A DNA stretch of 64,000 nt from Candidatus Cloacimonadota bacterium (GCA_963676615.1 OY781092.1:960001-1024000), one strand, 5' to 3'. Numbered from the stretch's first letter, positions 49,321 through 59,867 are shown. The notes: generated from the sequence alone by a model not told the origin. Translations and numbers: made by a program.

Positions 49321-51675
49321 CTAATGCACCCTTATATATTGCTTGAGCGCTTCCAAATCTTTCTTCAGCTGCGCCATCAACTCCGCCTGCGAAGCGAACT
49401 TTTTCTCCGCCCGCAAAAACCGCAAAAACTCCACTTTCACCTCTCGGCCGTAAATATTTTTATTAAATTTATAAAGATAATTTTCGATCGTCTTCTTCCG
49501 CTCATCGCTACGCACAGTAGGCGCAAAGCCGATATTCGTAAGGCCATAATAGCCCTTGTCGCCGATTTTGGTATGCGTGATATATACCCCTTCGGCTGGA
49601 TAAATTTTGAACTCCTCTTTGGGGCTTAAATTCAAAGTCGGGAAGCCAAGACTTCCGCCAATTTTGCGACCTTTCTCCACAGTTCCCACAACCGAATAGT
49701 TCCGCGAAAGATAGCGCCTGATGCCGTTAATCTCGCCTTTTTTTATCTTCTCTCGAATGAGTTTGCTGCAAACAATCTCGCCGCTCATAATCAAAGGATC
49801 AACCAGACGCACCTTGATGCCATAAGGCTTGCCCAGCTTCATCAAAAGCCGATAATCGCCCTCTTTGCCTTTACCAAATCTGGTGTCGTGTCCACAAACA
49901 ATCTCGCGAATATGCAACTTCTCCAGCAAAATCTTCTTGAAAAACTCCTCGGCCGTAAAATGCGCGACCTCATCAAAATCCAGATACAAAATCGAATGCA
50001 CCCCAAATTTGTGAAAAAGCAAATGCTCCTTATGTTTCCGCTCCAAAATCATATACGGTTCTATCGGGCGGTTGTCCATTTTCAAAAAATGCTCCCGAGT
50101 ATGAGCGCGATAAGTCAGCACCAAAGCCTCTCCGCCCGTATCCGTCGCACGAGAATACAACCTGTTCAAAAGTTTCGAATGCCCAAAATGCAACCCCTCA
50201 AAATTGCCAATGGCAACAATCGGATACTTATACCGCAAGCTCGTCTGCTGGGTAATATCCACGATGCTCCCTTTCGGTGTATAGGGAATATCCTGGCTGG
50301 CAATCACGATTTTGAACATCTTCGACAAATTCGCAAAACTTTCGACCTTCTTAATTTCGTCAGTTGAAAACTCAATCTTTTTCAAGTTTCGGAACCTGCC
50401 CAAAAAAGTCAAATCGACAAAAGATTGCAAAAACTCTGGCGTCTCGTCGTAAAAGCTCAACCGCTCCAGCTTTGTGCAATTTTGCAATCCCGATAAGTTG
50501 GTCAAATTTTCGGCTTGTATCCGAAAAAAGTTACTATTCACCAGCTCCCGCAGCTCGCTAGAATTTGGCAAAAACAAAGAGTAGCCGTTGTCCAGCTGCA
50601 CATTAAACGCTCGCTTCCACTGCGGCTCCAGATTATTCCACCACTGCCGCAAAAGCTTTTTAGAGTCAAAAAACGACGCATTTTGAGTTGCAAAAAGTTT
50701 CCGCAATCGCAAAAATTCCCTTCGCTTTTCCTTCCGCAATCTCCATTTTTCCCAAAATTTGAACGAAACCATACTCACTAAAATCAAAATCAGCAATCCC
50801 AAAACTCCACCAATGATTAAAATCTTAGTATTCCGCTTCTCTGTAAAAAGCGCGCTCACCCTCTGTTTTTCTGACTCCGGCAAAGTTTTGCTATCCTCAG
50901 AGAACAAAAAAACTTTCAAACTTTTAAGCTTTTCCACGCCATCCAAATTGGTTAATTTATTTTTGAAAATAAAAATCTTTTCCAAATCTTTCGCATTCTC
51001 AAGACCTTTTATGTTGGCAATCTCGTTGTTGTGCGCCAACAAAATCTTCAACTTCGGACTGCTACTCAGCGGCTCCAGCGACGAAATATTGTTGTGATTG
51101 ATCGAGAGTTCCTCCAAAAGCGGCTTGTTCGCCAACGGCTCTATCGACGAGATAAAGTTCCGATGCACATAAACCCTCTTCAGATTTTGCAAATCCTCAA
51201 GCCCTCTCAAATCTTGCAAATCGTTAAAATCAGCCCGCAAATACTCTAGCTTCTTCAAATTCCGCAAGCGCCACAGCGACTGAATTCGGTTGTCACTTAG
51301 CTTCAACTCTTTTAGGTTCACCAAATTTTCAATGCCGTTCAAATCAGCAATCTGGTTGTAAGAGCAATTGACATTTTCCAAATGATCTAGCTGACTCAAT
51401 CCGCTGACATCCGTGAGGTTATGCCCATACAAAAACAAAGTTTTTCGCTTCAGCAAACTTTCCAAAAACACATCTTTTGGTTTTTGCACAGTTTTTCCTA
51501 ACCCCAAAACCCTATTGAACGCCAGCTTCCACTGATAATCCAGACCGTTCCACCATATCTCCCGTTTTTCGGGGGTATCAAATTTTCGACTCATCTCCAC
51601 TTTTTGAGCAGCTGCCCACAAAAACCCTTGTAAAACCACAACTATAAATAAAATTTTCAACAATTTTTTCATCAC
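49321..51675 (-). CDS. ribF: LRR-transmembrane protein fused to bifunctional riboflavin kinase/FAD synthetase
   Basis: Signal peptide, LRRs, TM helix, then GNFEGLHFGH, GHDTRFG, GRKIG..LGFPTLN, GVY, NIG.APT, IE.YL. Confidence 0.88.
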   Translation of the reverse strand: MMKKLLKILFIVVVLQGFLWAAAQKVEMSRKFDTPEKREIWWNGLDYQWKLAFNRVLGLGKTVQKPKDVFLESLLKRKTLFLYGHNLTDVSGLSQLDHLENVNCSYNQIADLNGIENLVNLKELKLSDNRIQSLWRLRNLKKLEYLRADFNDLQDLRGLEDLQNLKRVYVHRNFISSIEPLANKPLLEELSINHNNISSLEPLSSSPKLKILLAHNNEIANIKGLENAKDLEKIFIFKNKLTNLDGVEKLKSLKVFLFSEDSKTLPESEKQRVSALFTEKRNTKILIIGGVLGLLILILVSMVSFKFWEKWRLRKEKRREFLRLRKLFATQNASFFDSKKLLRQWWNNLEPQWKRAFNVQLDNGYSLFLPNSSELRELVNSNFFRIQAENLTNLSGLQNCTKLERLSFYDETPEFLQSFVDLTFLGRFRNLKKIEFSTDEIKKVESFANLSKMFKIVIASQDIPYTPKGSIVDITQQTSLRYKYPIVAIGNFEGLHFGHSKLLNRLYSRATDTGGEALVLTYRAHTREHFLKMDNRPIEPYMILERKHKEHLLFHKFGVHSILYLDFDEVAHFTAEEFFKKILLEKLHIREIVCGHDTRFGKGKEGDYRLLMKLGKPYGIKVRLVDPLIMSGEIVCSKLIREKIKKGEINGIRRYLSRNYSVVGTVEKGRKIGGSLGFPTLNLSPKEEFKIYPAEGVYITHTKIGDKGYYGLTNIGFAPTVRSDERKKTIENYLYKFNKNIYGREVKVEFLRFLRAEKKFASQAELMAQLKKDLEALKQYIRVH

Positions 51676-51684
51676 TTTCCCTAA

Positions 51685-52545
51685 TCAAAACACTATTTTT
51701 GGCTGAACTTTTCCTTGTTCAGTCCAAGCTACACCCACAAATTCTTCGTTGTGGTAAATTTTTGTAAAGCCATTTTTTGCTCTTTCTTCTTCCCAAAAAT
51801 TGCCGTGACAAAATCTTTCAAACAGAGCGTCGTCAATCTGCAAAGCGGGAAAATCTTGCAGCAAAACATCCGCCGAAAGCACTCGGGAACGCAAAAATTC
51901 GCCACTAGTTTGCTGATCAATCTGCACGCAATCGTCTATCCCAAAACCTGCACACTCCACACGCCGCAGCGCTTGCGTCGTGCCCACGACACCCAAAAGC
52001 TGGCTAATATCCTGACTGAGCGTCCGAATATATGTCCCTTTGGAAACTTTGGCTTCGTAGCTCATGAGCCTTCCGTCAAAATCTTTTATCGTAAAATTGG
52101 AAATTTTTATCGCTCGCGGTTTCATCGCAGGGGAAGCTCCCGCTCTTGCCAAGGCGTAAGCCCTTTTGCCATCGACTTTTATCGCCGAATAAATCGGAGG
52201 AATTTGCGAGGTCATCCCCAAAACTTTTTCCGCCAAATCGGCGCTCAAACCCTTGGGCAAATCGCTGATTGCAATCACCTTGCCCGTGATGTCCGCCGTG
52301 TCAGTTTTTTGCCCGAACAAAATCGTCGCCTGATAGCGTTTGTCCTGCACCGACACGAACCTCGCAAGGCGTGTGGCTCTGCCCAGCAACACCACCAGCA
52401 CGCCCGTGGCAAAATTGTCCAGCGTTCCGCAATGCCCCACTTTTTTTATGCCCAAAATTCGCCGTATTTGCGCGATAACCCCAAACGAGCTGATTCCCGC
52501 GGGTTTATCCACCAAAAGCACGCCACTCAAAGAGCTTGCCTGCAT
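51685..52545 (-). CDS. truB: tRNA pseudouridine(55) synthase
   Basis: VDKPAG, VGHCGTLD, YSAIKVDGKRAY, SKGTYIR. Confidence 0.94.
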   Translation of the reverse strand: MQASSLSGVLLVDKPAGISSFGVIAQIRRILGIKKVGHCGTLDNFATGVLVVLLGRATRLARFVSVQDKRYQATILFGQKTDTADITGKVIAISDLPKGLSADLAEKVLGMTSQIPPIYSAIKVDGKRAYALARAGASPAMKPRAIKISNFTIKDFDGRLMSYEAKVSKGTYIRTLSQDISQLLGVVGTTQALRRVECAGFGIDDCVQIDQQTSGEFLRSRVLSADVLLQDFPALQIDDALFERFCHGNFWEEERAKNGFTKIYHNEEFVGVAWTEQGKVQPKIVF

Positions 52546-53474
52546 AGCGCCAACACTTCCTTTTCGATTTCGTGCCGCTTGCCACAAACCTCACAACCAG
52601 CAGCCAAGCGGTGACCACCTCCGCCAAATTTTTGGCAAACAGCCTGCACATCCGCCACTTTCGAGCGAAAACTGAGCTTATACACGCCCGGTTCCTTCTG
52701 CTTAAACATCACAATTATCTGATAATCGCCCAGCTGCTTGAGCCTGCTGACGGCAGACGGCAACTCCTCATACGCAAATCCAAACCGTTCCTGTAGCTCC
52801 AAATCGCTATGAGCAAACACAATTTTTCCGCTCTCAAACTCTTTCAAATCGGCATAAACCGCCGCCAAATACCGAAACTCGGAAACTTTCATCTGGCAAA
52901 AAAAATCTTCGTAAGCTTGCCCAGCGTTCAATCCAAAATCGAGCAACGCCGCACAAACCGCAAAACATTCAGCGTCCACATTCCGATTCTGAAAACCGTC
53001 TGTGTCGCCCAAAATCGTATAGTAAATCGCCCGCGCAAACCTCGCCCGCTCCGTCTGCGGCAAAGCTTCGACCAACTTCTGACAATGCCGAAAAATCAAA
53101 ATCCCAGCGCTGGCGGCACAAGGCTCAATAATCTCCTGCGCAGTCGGCAATTTGTCCGCGCCAACTTGATGATGATCGATCACAAAAATCTCTTTGTCGA
53201 AATCGCCGACAAACTTTTCCCACTTGCCAAGGCGCGACTTTTGGTGCGCATCCACCACCACCAAAGCGTCGAAATTGCAGGAGCTGATATCCACCTGCTC
53301 ATAGCCAAACTCCAAAAACGCCAAACTTTGCGGCGGAGCCTCCAGCATCACCTTCGCCTTGCTTTTGCCCAGCACCATCTGCAAAGCAAAACAAGAGCCC
53401 AAAGCGTCCGCATCTGGATTTTGATGCGTAAATATCCCTATTTGCTTATATTTCAACAGATTATCGACAATCAT
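52527..53474 (-). CDS. DHH/DHHA1 phosphoesterase (NrnA-like)
   Basis: HQNPDADALGS, IDHH, DT, SFRS, GGGGH.LAAG. Confidence 0.9.
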   Translation of the reverse strand: MIVDNLLKYKQIGIFTHQNPDADALGSCFALQMVLGKSKAKVMLEAPPQSLAFLEFGYEQVDISSCNFDALVVVDAHQKSRLGKWEKFVGDFDKEIFVIDHHQVGADKLPTAQEIIEPCAASAGILIFRHCQKLVEALPQTERARFARAIYYTILGDTDGFQNRNVDAECFAVCAALLDFGLNAGQAYEDFFCQMKVSEFRYLAAVYADLKEFESGKIVFAHSDLELQERFGFAYEELPSAVSRLKQLGDYQIIVMFKQKEPGVYKLSFRSKVADVQAVCQKFGGGGHRLAAGCEVCGKRHEIEKEVLALCRQAL

Positions 53475-54027
53475 TCCACGCCTTTTGCACTTTAGCAAAA
53501 TCGAGCAAACCCTCTCGCACGCAAAAAAGCTCGCCCGCTTCAACCTTCACCACCGTAGATGGCGTGCCAGCCGCTTCTACAACGCCTTTTGGCACCCAAT
53601 CTTCGTCGAACCAATCTCCAAATTTCTGCAAAATTTGCTCATAATTTTGCAGCGGCTGCTCACCCGAACGGTTGACGCTGGTGCTCACCACCGCCCTCTT
53701 TTGCAAAAACTCCCGCAAGACCCTATCCTGCGGCACCCTAAAAGCGACAAAACCGTCTTGCGCCAGATGCGGCAAATTTGCACACGGCAAAATCACCGTT
53801 AATTTTCCCGGCCAAAATTTCGCCAAAAAACGCTCCAACCGCCCATCAACACGAGTATAATCGCCCAATTTCGCAAGGCTAGACAGCAGCACAATAAAAG
53901 CTTTCCCCTGTCCTCTTCGCTTGAGCCGATCGATTTTTTGCAAAGACGCCAAATCGCCTATCGGAGCCCCAACACCGAACATATAGCCCGTGAAATGCAA
54001 ATTTATTTTCGACATCGCAAAACTCAT
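53461..54027 (-). CDS. tsaC: L-threonylcarbamoyladenylate synthase (TsaC/YrdC)
   Basis: LKRR, FWPGKLT, AFRVP, STSVNRSGE, PSTVV; N-terminal PTDT motif is divergent (FTGYMFG). Confidence 0.8.
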   Translation of the reverse strand: MSFAMSKINLHFTGYMFGVGAPIGDLASLQKIDRLKRRGQGKAFIVLLSSLAKLGDYTRVDGRLERFLAKFWPGKLTVILPCANLPHLAQDGFVAFRVPQDRVLREFLQKRAVVSTSVNRSGEQPLQNYEQILQKFGDWFDEDWVPKGVVEAAGTPSTVVKVEAGELFCVREGLLDFAKVQKAWNDCR

Positions 54028-54030
54028 TCC

Positions 54031-55053
54031 CTAAAAAAACGACCGCGGATCGACCGACTCTTTCAAATCTTTACGAAGCTCAAAATGAATCATATCCGAA
54101 TGCAGTCGCGCCAAATTTTGCCCGCGCTTCACCTTGCTACGCAGCTCCGCCAAAGTGCTGCCCTTATACACATACACGCTAATATAGCCGTTGCGATGAT
54201 CCACCACCAGGCACTTTTTATTCCCGATGCGAGTGTAATCTGCCACCACTCCGTCGTCCACAGCTATGCAAAAATCGTCGTGGGTCTTGATGTCCAGCCC
54301 GCTTCGCCGCAAATCGTTCTCCACAATTTCGCCCTTGACTGGCCACAAAATATTCCCAGTGCTGAACTCATACGAATAGCCAGAAATCTGCCGCTCCAGC
54401 TTCAAATTTGCGATAATCTTCTCCAGCTTGTCTCGCTCCTCCTGCAAAAAAGCCAGCTTCTTGCTAACCTCTTTCTCCTTCTTTTTGCTCTCCGCCAAAT
54501 TTTTGCTCACCGCCGAAGTCACATACCGCGAAAACGAAATATTTTTCTGCTCCTTCCGCCGCTTCTCCTCAATCTCCCTTATCTGCTTATTCAAACTCAC
54601 CGTATTATTTTTCAGCTTCAGATTTTTCTGGCTATACTGCTCCACCTTCTCATCCGAGGCACGCACCAACGAGCTCAACACATTCGAACTAATGGGCTCC
54701 TCCTCGATATACTCCGCCTCAAAAAGCCGTATAAACGACTGAACATACAGCCCCTTAATCTCCTCAATCTTCGTCTTCAGCGCCTGAATTTGCTCGTTAA
54801 GCTTCCTCTTCTCCAAACTTTTGCCAGAATATTTACTCTCCAAAAACTTCATCCGCGACTGCGCATTTTTCAGCTTCTTATTATAAACCTCAATCTTCTT
54901 TGAATACTGACTCTGCTCCGAGCGAATCTCATCGATTTTGTGCTTCTGCTGCTCAATCTCCTCCAGCACCATATCCAGCTTCTGCTCCTGCCCAGCGTAA
55001 GCAAAACCAATCGCCGCAAAAAGCAACCCAAAAACTAAAGCTCGTTTATCCAT
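54031..55053 (-). CDS. EnvC-like coiled-coil protein with degenerate M23 domain
   Basis: Signal peptide, long coiled coil, WPVKG, GLDI, IHFELR; Zn-ligand His residues missing. Confidence 0.75.
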   Translation of the reverse strand: MDKRALVFGLLFAAIGFAYAGQEQKLDMVLEEIEQQKHKIDEIRSEQSQYSKKIEVYNKKLKNAQSRMKFLESKYSGKSLEKRKLNEQIQALKTKIEEIKGLYVQSFIRLFEAEYIEEEPISSNVLSSLVRASDEKVEQYSQKNLKLKNNTVSLNKQIREIEEKRRKEQKNISFSRYVTSAVSKNLAESKKKEKEVSKKLAFLQEERDKLEKIIANLKLERQISGYSYEFSTGNILWPVKGEIVENDLRRSGLDIKTHDDFCIAVDDGVVADYTRIGNKKCLVVDHRNGYISVYVYKGSTLAELRSKVKRGQNLARLHSDMIHFELRKDLKESVDPRSFF

Positions 55054-55622
55054 TCCAGCACCTTACTCACGCCCTTTTTGCTCTTGGAAGAAAACGGCAC
55101 CACCGCAAAAGGAAAATTTTTCTTGCAAATCGACGCAACCTTACTAACGCCCAGCTTATCGCTCTTGGTCGCCACCACCAAATACGGAATCTTCTGCTCC
55201 TGCAGCATCTGCTGCATCAGTTCGTCCTTAAAATCCAGTTTGTGCCGAATATCCACCAGCAGCAACACCCCCAAAAGTTGCGGACGCCCAGCCAAATACG
55301 CCTGAATCATCCGCCGCCAACTCTCCTTCTCCTGCAAATTCACCTTGGCATAGCCATACCCCGGCAAATCCACAAAACTCAGCTCGCCCTTCTGCTCCTG
55401 CGCATCGTCCTTCACACCAACACGAAAAAAATTTATCAGCTGAGTTTTACCCGGCCTTCCCGAAGTTTTCGCCAGTAGCTTCCTGCCCAAAATCGCGTTA
55501 ATCATCGACGACTTTCCCACATTCGAGCGACCCACAAAAGCCACCTCTTTGCAGCTCACAGGCGGATATCCCTGCGGCTTTGTCGCACTTTTCACAAACT
55601 CAGACTCTATTACTCTTATCAA
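55035..55622 (-). CDS. engB: Ribosome biogenesis GTPase YihA/EngB
   Basis: GRSNVGKSS, PGKTQ, DLPGYG, TKSDK. Confidence 0.95.
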   Translation of the reverse strand: MIRVIESEFVKSATKPQGYPPVSCKEVAFVGRSNVGKSSMINAILGRKLLAKTSGRPGKTQLINFFRVGVKDDAQEQKGELSFVDLPGYGYAKVNLQEKESWRRMIQAYLAGRPQLLGVLLLVDIRHKLDFKDELMQQMLQEQKIPYLVVATKSDKLGVSKVASICKKNFPFAVVPFSSKSKKGVSKVLEWINEL

Positions 55623-55790
55623 AATCTAACCCACTTTAATCTATAAATTTCGCCCAAAAAATCAAGCAAAACCAACATTTAGCAAATTGACCAAGTGTCA
55701 AAAAAAATCAAAATTTACTTGCTCAAAAAAGCGTTTTTTTTTCTTTGCGAAAAAAAATGAACTACTAACTTCATAAAAAACAAAGGAAGT

Positions 55791-56570
55791 ATGGTCACAC
55801 AACACAAACCTGCGCTCTTTTTTCTACTTTTGATAATTGGCTTATTTTGCAACAAGTTACACTCGATCGAAATAAACATCTCGCCCATTCAGGCAAATCT
55901 GCTCTCGCAGCGAATTTTCATCAACGAAACCGACCAACGCCACGCAAAACTTTTGCAATGGAACAAAGAAGAAAACTTCCTCTCACTGGGCATCGCCCAC
56001 TTTATTTGGTATCCAAAAGAGCAAAAGCAAAATTTTGTGGAAAGCTTCCCTTTATTTCTAACCTACCTAAAAAACAGCGGCTACACCTTGCCAGAATGGC
56101 TATCCGACACCAGCGCTTGCCCTTGGCAAACCGAAGAAGATTTTTATACCGACGAGAACTCCCCACAAAAAAAGCAGCTCTACTCGTTTTTACAAGATTG
56201 CAAACAACAACAAACGCAATTCCTCGTCAGCCGCTTGCAGCAAGCAATTCCCAAGATTGTGCAAGCCAGCTCGCAAAAAGAAAAAGTTGCAGACAACATC
56301 AAAAAACTCGCCAAATCGATGAACGGCGTTTACGCGATGCTGGACTATGTCAACTTCAAAGGCGAGGGGCTAGACCCCAAAGAGTCCTACGGCGGCAACT
56401 GCTGGGGCTTGCTACAGGTCTTGGAAAATATGCAAGACTCAACGCTCTCGCCCGCTCACGATTTTGCTAACGCTGCCAAAAAAATCCTCAAGCGCAGGAC
56501 AAAGCTCGCACCGCACGAAAAAAACTGGCTGGCTGGCTGGAATAAACGCCTAGAAACCTATTATGAGTAA
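55791..56570 (+). CDS. Secreted hypothetical protein
   Basis: Signal peptide; WN.EE.F.SLGIAHFIWYP, DYVNFKGEG, WGLLQVL; function unknown. Confidence 0.75.
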   Translation: MVTQHKPALFFLLLIIGLFCNKLHSIEINISPIQANLLSQRIFINETDQRHAKLLQWNKEENFLSLGIAHFIWYPKEQKQNFVESFPLFLTYLKNSGYTLPEWLSDTSACPWQTEEDFYTDENSPQKKQLYSFLQDCKQQQTQFLVSRLQQAIPKIVQASSQKEKVADNIKKLAKSMNGVYAMLDYVNFKGEGLDPKESYGGNCWGLLQVLENMQDSTLSPAHDFANAAKKILKRRTKLAPHEKNWLAGWNKRLETYYE

Positions 56571-57408
56571 AAAAAGCAAAAACTTTTGGGAATATTTAGG
56601 GTTTCTGACTTTTCGCACTCTGCTAGCGCCACTTCCCAGTTTTTTGCAAAAATTCATTCTCGTGCGACTCGTCTTGCTCATCAAAATTCGCAAAAAGCTT
56701 GTCATAAAACAGCTCAAAATGGTTTTCCCCAAAAAAAGCGACCAACAAATTTCGGCTCTTTGCCGAGAAATTTATCGCAATTTGGCACTTTTTGCCCACG
56801 AATTTTTCTTCTGTAATCAAAAAAAACTTCTCAAAAATTTTGAAATCGAAGGGCTGGAAAGCCTGCAACATTCCCTATCGCAGCACAAAGGCGTGATTTA
56901 TCCAAACCTGCACATCGGCAACTGGGAAATCGGGATGAAATATATGGTCGAGAAGATGAATCTGCCCATAAACGCCCTTGCCAAAAGGATACGCAACCCG
57001 CATCTTGACGATTATATCGAAAAAATCCGCCGCAAAAATGGCGTAACAACAATTTTCTTGGAAAACGCATTTCGGGGCACTCTCGCCGCTCTGAAAAACG
57101 ACGAGGGCATCGGCATTATGATCGACCAAAACGCCCGCAAAGTCGGACTAAAACAAGACTGGCTCGGGCATCCAGCTTCGGTCTTTCAGGGACCAGCCAA
57201 ATTCGCCATAAAATCGGGAGCGATGATTCAGCCCATAATCTGCATCAGAACAAAAAACGGGTTCAAAGTTATCGCCGAAGAGCCAATCGACGGCAGCCTC
57301 TACACCAAAAACCAAATCCCAGAACTAACAAAAAAAATCTGCAACTCGCTAGAAAAGCAAATTTTGAAATACCCCGAACAGTGGTTTTGGATGCACAAAA
57401 GATGGTGA
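56563..57408 (+). CDS. Lipid A / lysophospholipid acyltransferase (LpxL-like)
   Basis: HIGNWE, IDQ, YPEQWFWMHKRW. Confidence 0.9.
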   Translation: MSKKSKNFWEYLGFLTFRTLLAPLPSFLQKFILVRLVLLIKIRKKLVIKQLKMVFPKKSDQQISALCREIYRNLALFAHEFFFCNQKKLLKNFEIEGLESLQHSLSQHKGVIYPNLHIGNWEIGMKYMVEKMNLPINALAKRIRNPHLDDYIEKIRRKNGVTTIFLENAFRGTLAALKNDEGIGIMIDQNARKVGLKQDWLGHPASVFQGPAKFAIKSGAMIQPIICIRTKNGFKVIAEEPIDGSLYTKNQIPELTKKICNSLEKQILKYPEQWFWMHKRW

Positions 57409-57491
57409 GATAGGAAACTTTGCAAGAACCAAAATCTAAAATTTTATCAAAATTAAAAACAACAAAAAAATCGAAATTTTAAGGAGAAATT

Positions 57492-58097
57492 ATGGTCGAA
57501 ATCATCGCCTGGACGACAGAACACGCCATCGAAATCTTTGCGGCACTCAGTGGCATACTTTTTTTGTATTTGGAAATTAAAGAAAATATTTGGCTCTGGC
57601 CGATTGGCATAATCTCCTCAGCTTTATACATTTATGTCTATTTCGACAGCAAATTTTACGCCGATATGGGCTTGCAAGTTTACTATCTGCTGATCAGCGT
57701 TTACGGCTGGATTTTGTGGTTCAAAGGCGCCGAAACCTCCAAAAACGACCATCTGCCCATCGTCAAAGCGACCAAAACACAAGCCGTTTGGCTCACTGTC
57801 GCCTCGATTTTCACCTTCGTCCTCATAAAATGGATTTTGGTCAAATTCACCGACTCGCCAGTGCCGACAGGCGACGCCATAACCACCGCTCTATCAATCG
57901 TTGCCACCTGGATGCTCGCCAAAAAAATCATCGAGCAATGGTGGATTTGGATTTTCGTCAACCTCCTGTCGCTGGGGCTATATCTATACAAAGGGCTCTA
58001 TCCGACCTCGGTCTTGTTCGTTTTTTACACGCTGGGCGCAGTCGTCGGTTACTTCCAATGGAAAAAAAGTTTCGCGCATCAGGTAAGTGATGAATAA
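57492..58097 (+). CDS. PnuC-family vitamin transporter, probably thiamine-specific (PnuT)
   Basis: WLWPIG, YGW..W, DA.TT.LS..ATWM.AKK, W..WI; overlaps thiN. Confidence 0.88.
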   Translation: MVEIIAWTTEHAIEIFAALSGILFLYLEIKENIWLWPIGIISSALYIYVYFDSKFYADMGLQVYYLLISVYGWILWFKGAETSKNDHLPIVKATKTQAVWLTVASIFTFVLIKWILVKFTDSPVPTGDAITTALSIVATWMLAKKIIEQWWIWIFVNLLSLGLYLYKGLYPTSVLFVFYTLGAVVGYFQWKKSFAHQVSDE

Positions 58098-58710
58098 ACA
58101 AGCAGTTATCGTTGCCGACGGAGAATTTCCGACTCACAAAATTCCCCTAGAAGCAATCAAAGCAGCAAAATTCCTCGTCTGCTGCGACGGCGCAATAAAC
58201 CAGCTAGACGCCAGAAAAATTGTCCCCGATTTAATCGTCGGGGATTTAGACTCGGCAGACCCAAAATTGCTCGACAAATACAAAACAAAAACTTGCAAAA
58301 GCGACTGCCAAGACACAAACGACCTAACCAAAGCGGTGAACTGGCTATTGGACAAAAATTTTGAGGAAATCGTCATCGTCGGCGCTTGCGGAAAGCGCGA
58401 AGACCACACCTTGGGCAACTTCTCGCTCCTGTTCGACTATTGCCAAAAAATCAAAGTGAGTATGCTCACCGACCACGGCAAATTCTCCACCGCCACCAAA
58501 TCTACCACATTCGAGAGCTTCGCAGGGCAACAGGTCAGCATCTTTTCCATAAACCAAACGCTGAAAATCACATCCGAAAACCTAAAATATCCGCTGCGAA
58601 AAACCGCACTTTCCTCACTTTGGTGCGGCACACTCAACGAATCCACCGCAGAAAATTTCACCCTCTTATTCGATGAGAGCGGTCAAATCGTGGTGTATCA
58701 GCTGTTTTAG
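58090..58710 (+). CDS. thiN: Thiamine pyrophosphokinase
   Basis: CCDGA, GDLDS, QDTNDL.KA, GKREDH.LGN, GTLN. Confidence 0.92.
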   Translation: MNKQAVIVADGEFPTHKIPLEAIKAAKFLVCCDGAINQLDARKIVPDLIVGDLDSADPKLLDKYKTKTCKSDCQDTNDLTKAVNWLLDKNFEEIVIVGACGKREDHTLGNFSLLFDYCQKIKVSMLTDHGKFSTATKSTTFESFAGQQVSIFSINQTLKITSENLKYPLRKTALSSLWCGTLNESTAENFTLLFDESGQIVVYQLF

Positions 58711-58871
58711 TTGCCTTTTTCGATGATATAACACTTCGCTAGTTGTCATAGCTCGCTCGATTAAGCAATTTTACGCTTTCCGATTTGAGTTTTTATTACC
58801 TGCCTCTTTCCAGCTAAGCGCGAGCAGGGAAGAGAAACGGCGTGAAATCATCAATCATCAATTGTAATTTA

Positions 58872-59204
58872 TCAATTATTCTGCAGTGCCTCGATTTTCC
58901 CGCTGAGCTCCACCGCTTTTTCCGTCGTATCATCGTAAATAAACTTCAAATTTGGAATCCTGCGAATCGTCTTCAGGCTCGCCAGCTCGCCCTTAAACAC
59001 GCCCGCGCTTTTTTTCAGATGCGACAACACATCCCCCTTTTTCACCTTCGGATCAAAACACGACACAAAAACATTCGCCAGAGACAAATCTTTGGCAATC
59101 TTCACATCGTTAATATTCACAAACTGCAAAATCGGGTCGTCGATATTTTTTCGCAAAATCGCGCTAAAAATCTTAAACAACTTCATCTCCAACTTTCGAG
59201 TCAT
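58872..59204 (-). CDS. rbfA: Ribosome-binding factor A
   Basis: DP....V.I.DV...DLS.A.VFVS, RRIPNLKFIYD. Confidence 0.85.
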   Translation of the reverse strand: MTRKLEMKLFKIFSAILRKNIDDPILQFVNINDVKIAKDLSLANVFVSCFDPKVKKGDVLSHLKKSAGVFKGELASLKTIRRIPNLKFIYDDTTEKAVELSGKIEALQNN

Positions 59205-59245
59205 TTCCTACACTCTCCTTTTTCAAAAAAAAAATAGTTACAAAT

Positions 59246-59279
59246 AAAAAAAGCAAACTCGCTAATACAAGTTTGCCTT
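59246..59279 (-). terminator. Intrinsic terminator after rpmA
   Basis: GCAAACT-loop-AGTTTGC followed by a T7 tract on the minus strand. Confidence 0.65.
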
Positions 59280-59297
59280 AATATAAAAAAAATCAAG

Positions 59298-59546
59298 TTA
59301 CACTACATTCACGAACTTCCGTCCATTTCTGCCAGTAGTGAACAAAACATTTCCGTCAACCAAACTAAAAATCGTGTGATCTTTGCCCAGACCAACATTT
59401 TTGCCTACCTTAAACTTCGTGCCTCTTTGGCGAACGATAATATTTCCCGCAATCACGCTCTCGCCACCATATTTTTTCACACCCAAATACTTAGGATTAC
59501 TATCTCTACCGTTCTTGGACGAACCGACGCCTTTCTTATGTGCCAT
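59298..59546 (-). CDS. rpmA: 50S ribosomal protein L27
   Basis: [21 protein letters not shown]. Confidence 0.98.
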   Translation of the reverse strand: MAHKKGVGSSKNGRDSNPKYLGVKKYGGESVIAGNIIVRQRGTKFKVGKNVGLGKDHTIFSLVDGNVLFTTGRNGRKFVNVV

Positions 59547-59549
59547 TGG

Positions 59550-59867
59550 TTAGCTCCTTACAATATCATTTACTTTAATCTCGGTGAAATCCTGTCTGTG
59601 ACCTTGTTTTCTCTTGTAACCTTTTCTTCTCTTCTTTTTGAAAACAATCACTTTCTTATCTTTCTTATGAGCCAGCACCTCAATATCCACCTTAGTGCCG
59701 CTCACAGTGGGAGTTCCCAAAACTACATCGTTTTCATCTTTGAAAAAAATCACACTCTCCAAACTCATCTTAGCGCCAACCTCTGCATCGCTCAAAAACG
59801 GCACTTTGACAACCTTATCTTTTTCAGCCTTAAACTGCATACCCTTAAAATCCACTATCGCATACAT
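59550..59867 (-). CDS. rplU: 50S ribosomal protein L21
   Basis: [24 protein letters not shown]. Confidence 0.97.
   Translation of the reverse strand: MYAIVDFKGMQFKAEKDKVVKVPFLSDAEVGAKMSLESVIFFKDENDVVLGTPTVSGTKVDIEVLAHKKDKKVIVFKKKRRKGYKRKQGHRQDFTEIKVNDIVRS

Noticed and set aside
57409..57491. TPP riboswitch upstream of pnuT-thiN
   Set aside because: Short A-rich spacer without the CTGAGA or other TPP consensus elements.
58711..58871. Structured ncRNA between thiN and rbfA
   Set aside because: Only a loose CTCTTTCC/GGGAAGAG hairpin and short ATCAAT repeats; compatible with a terminator between convergent genes and matching no family I recognise.
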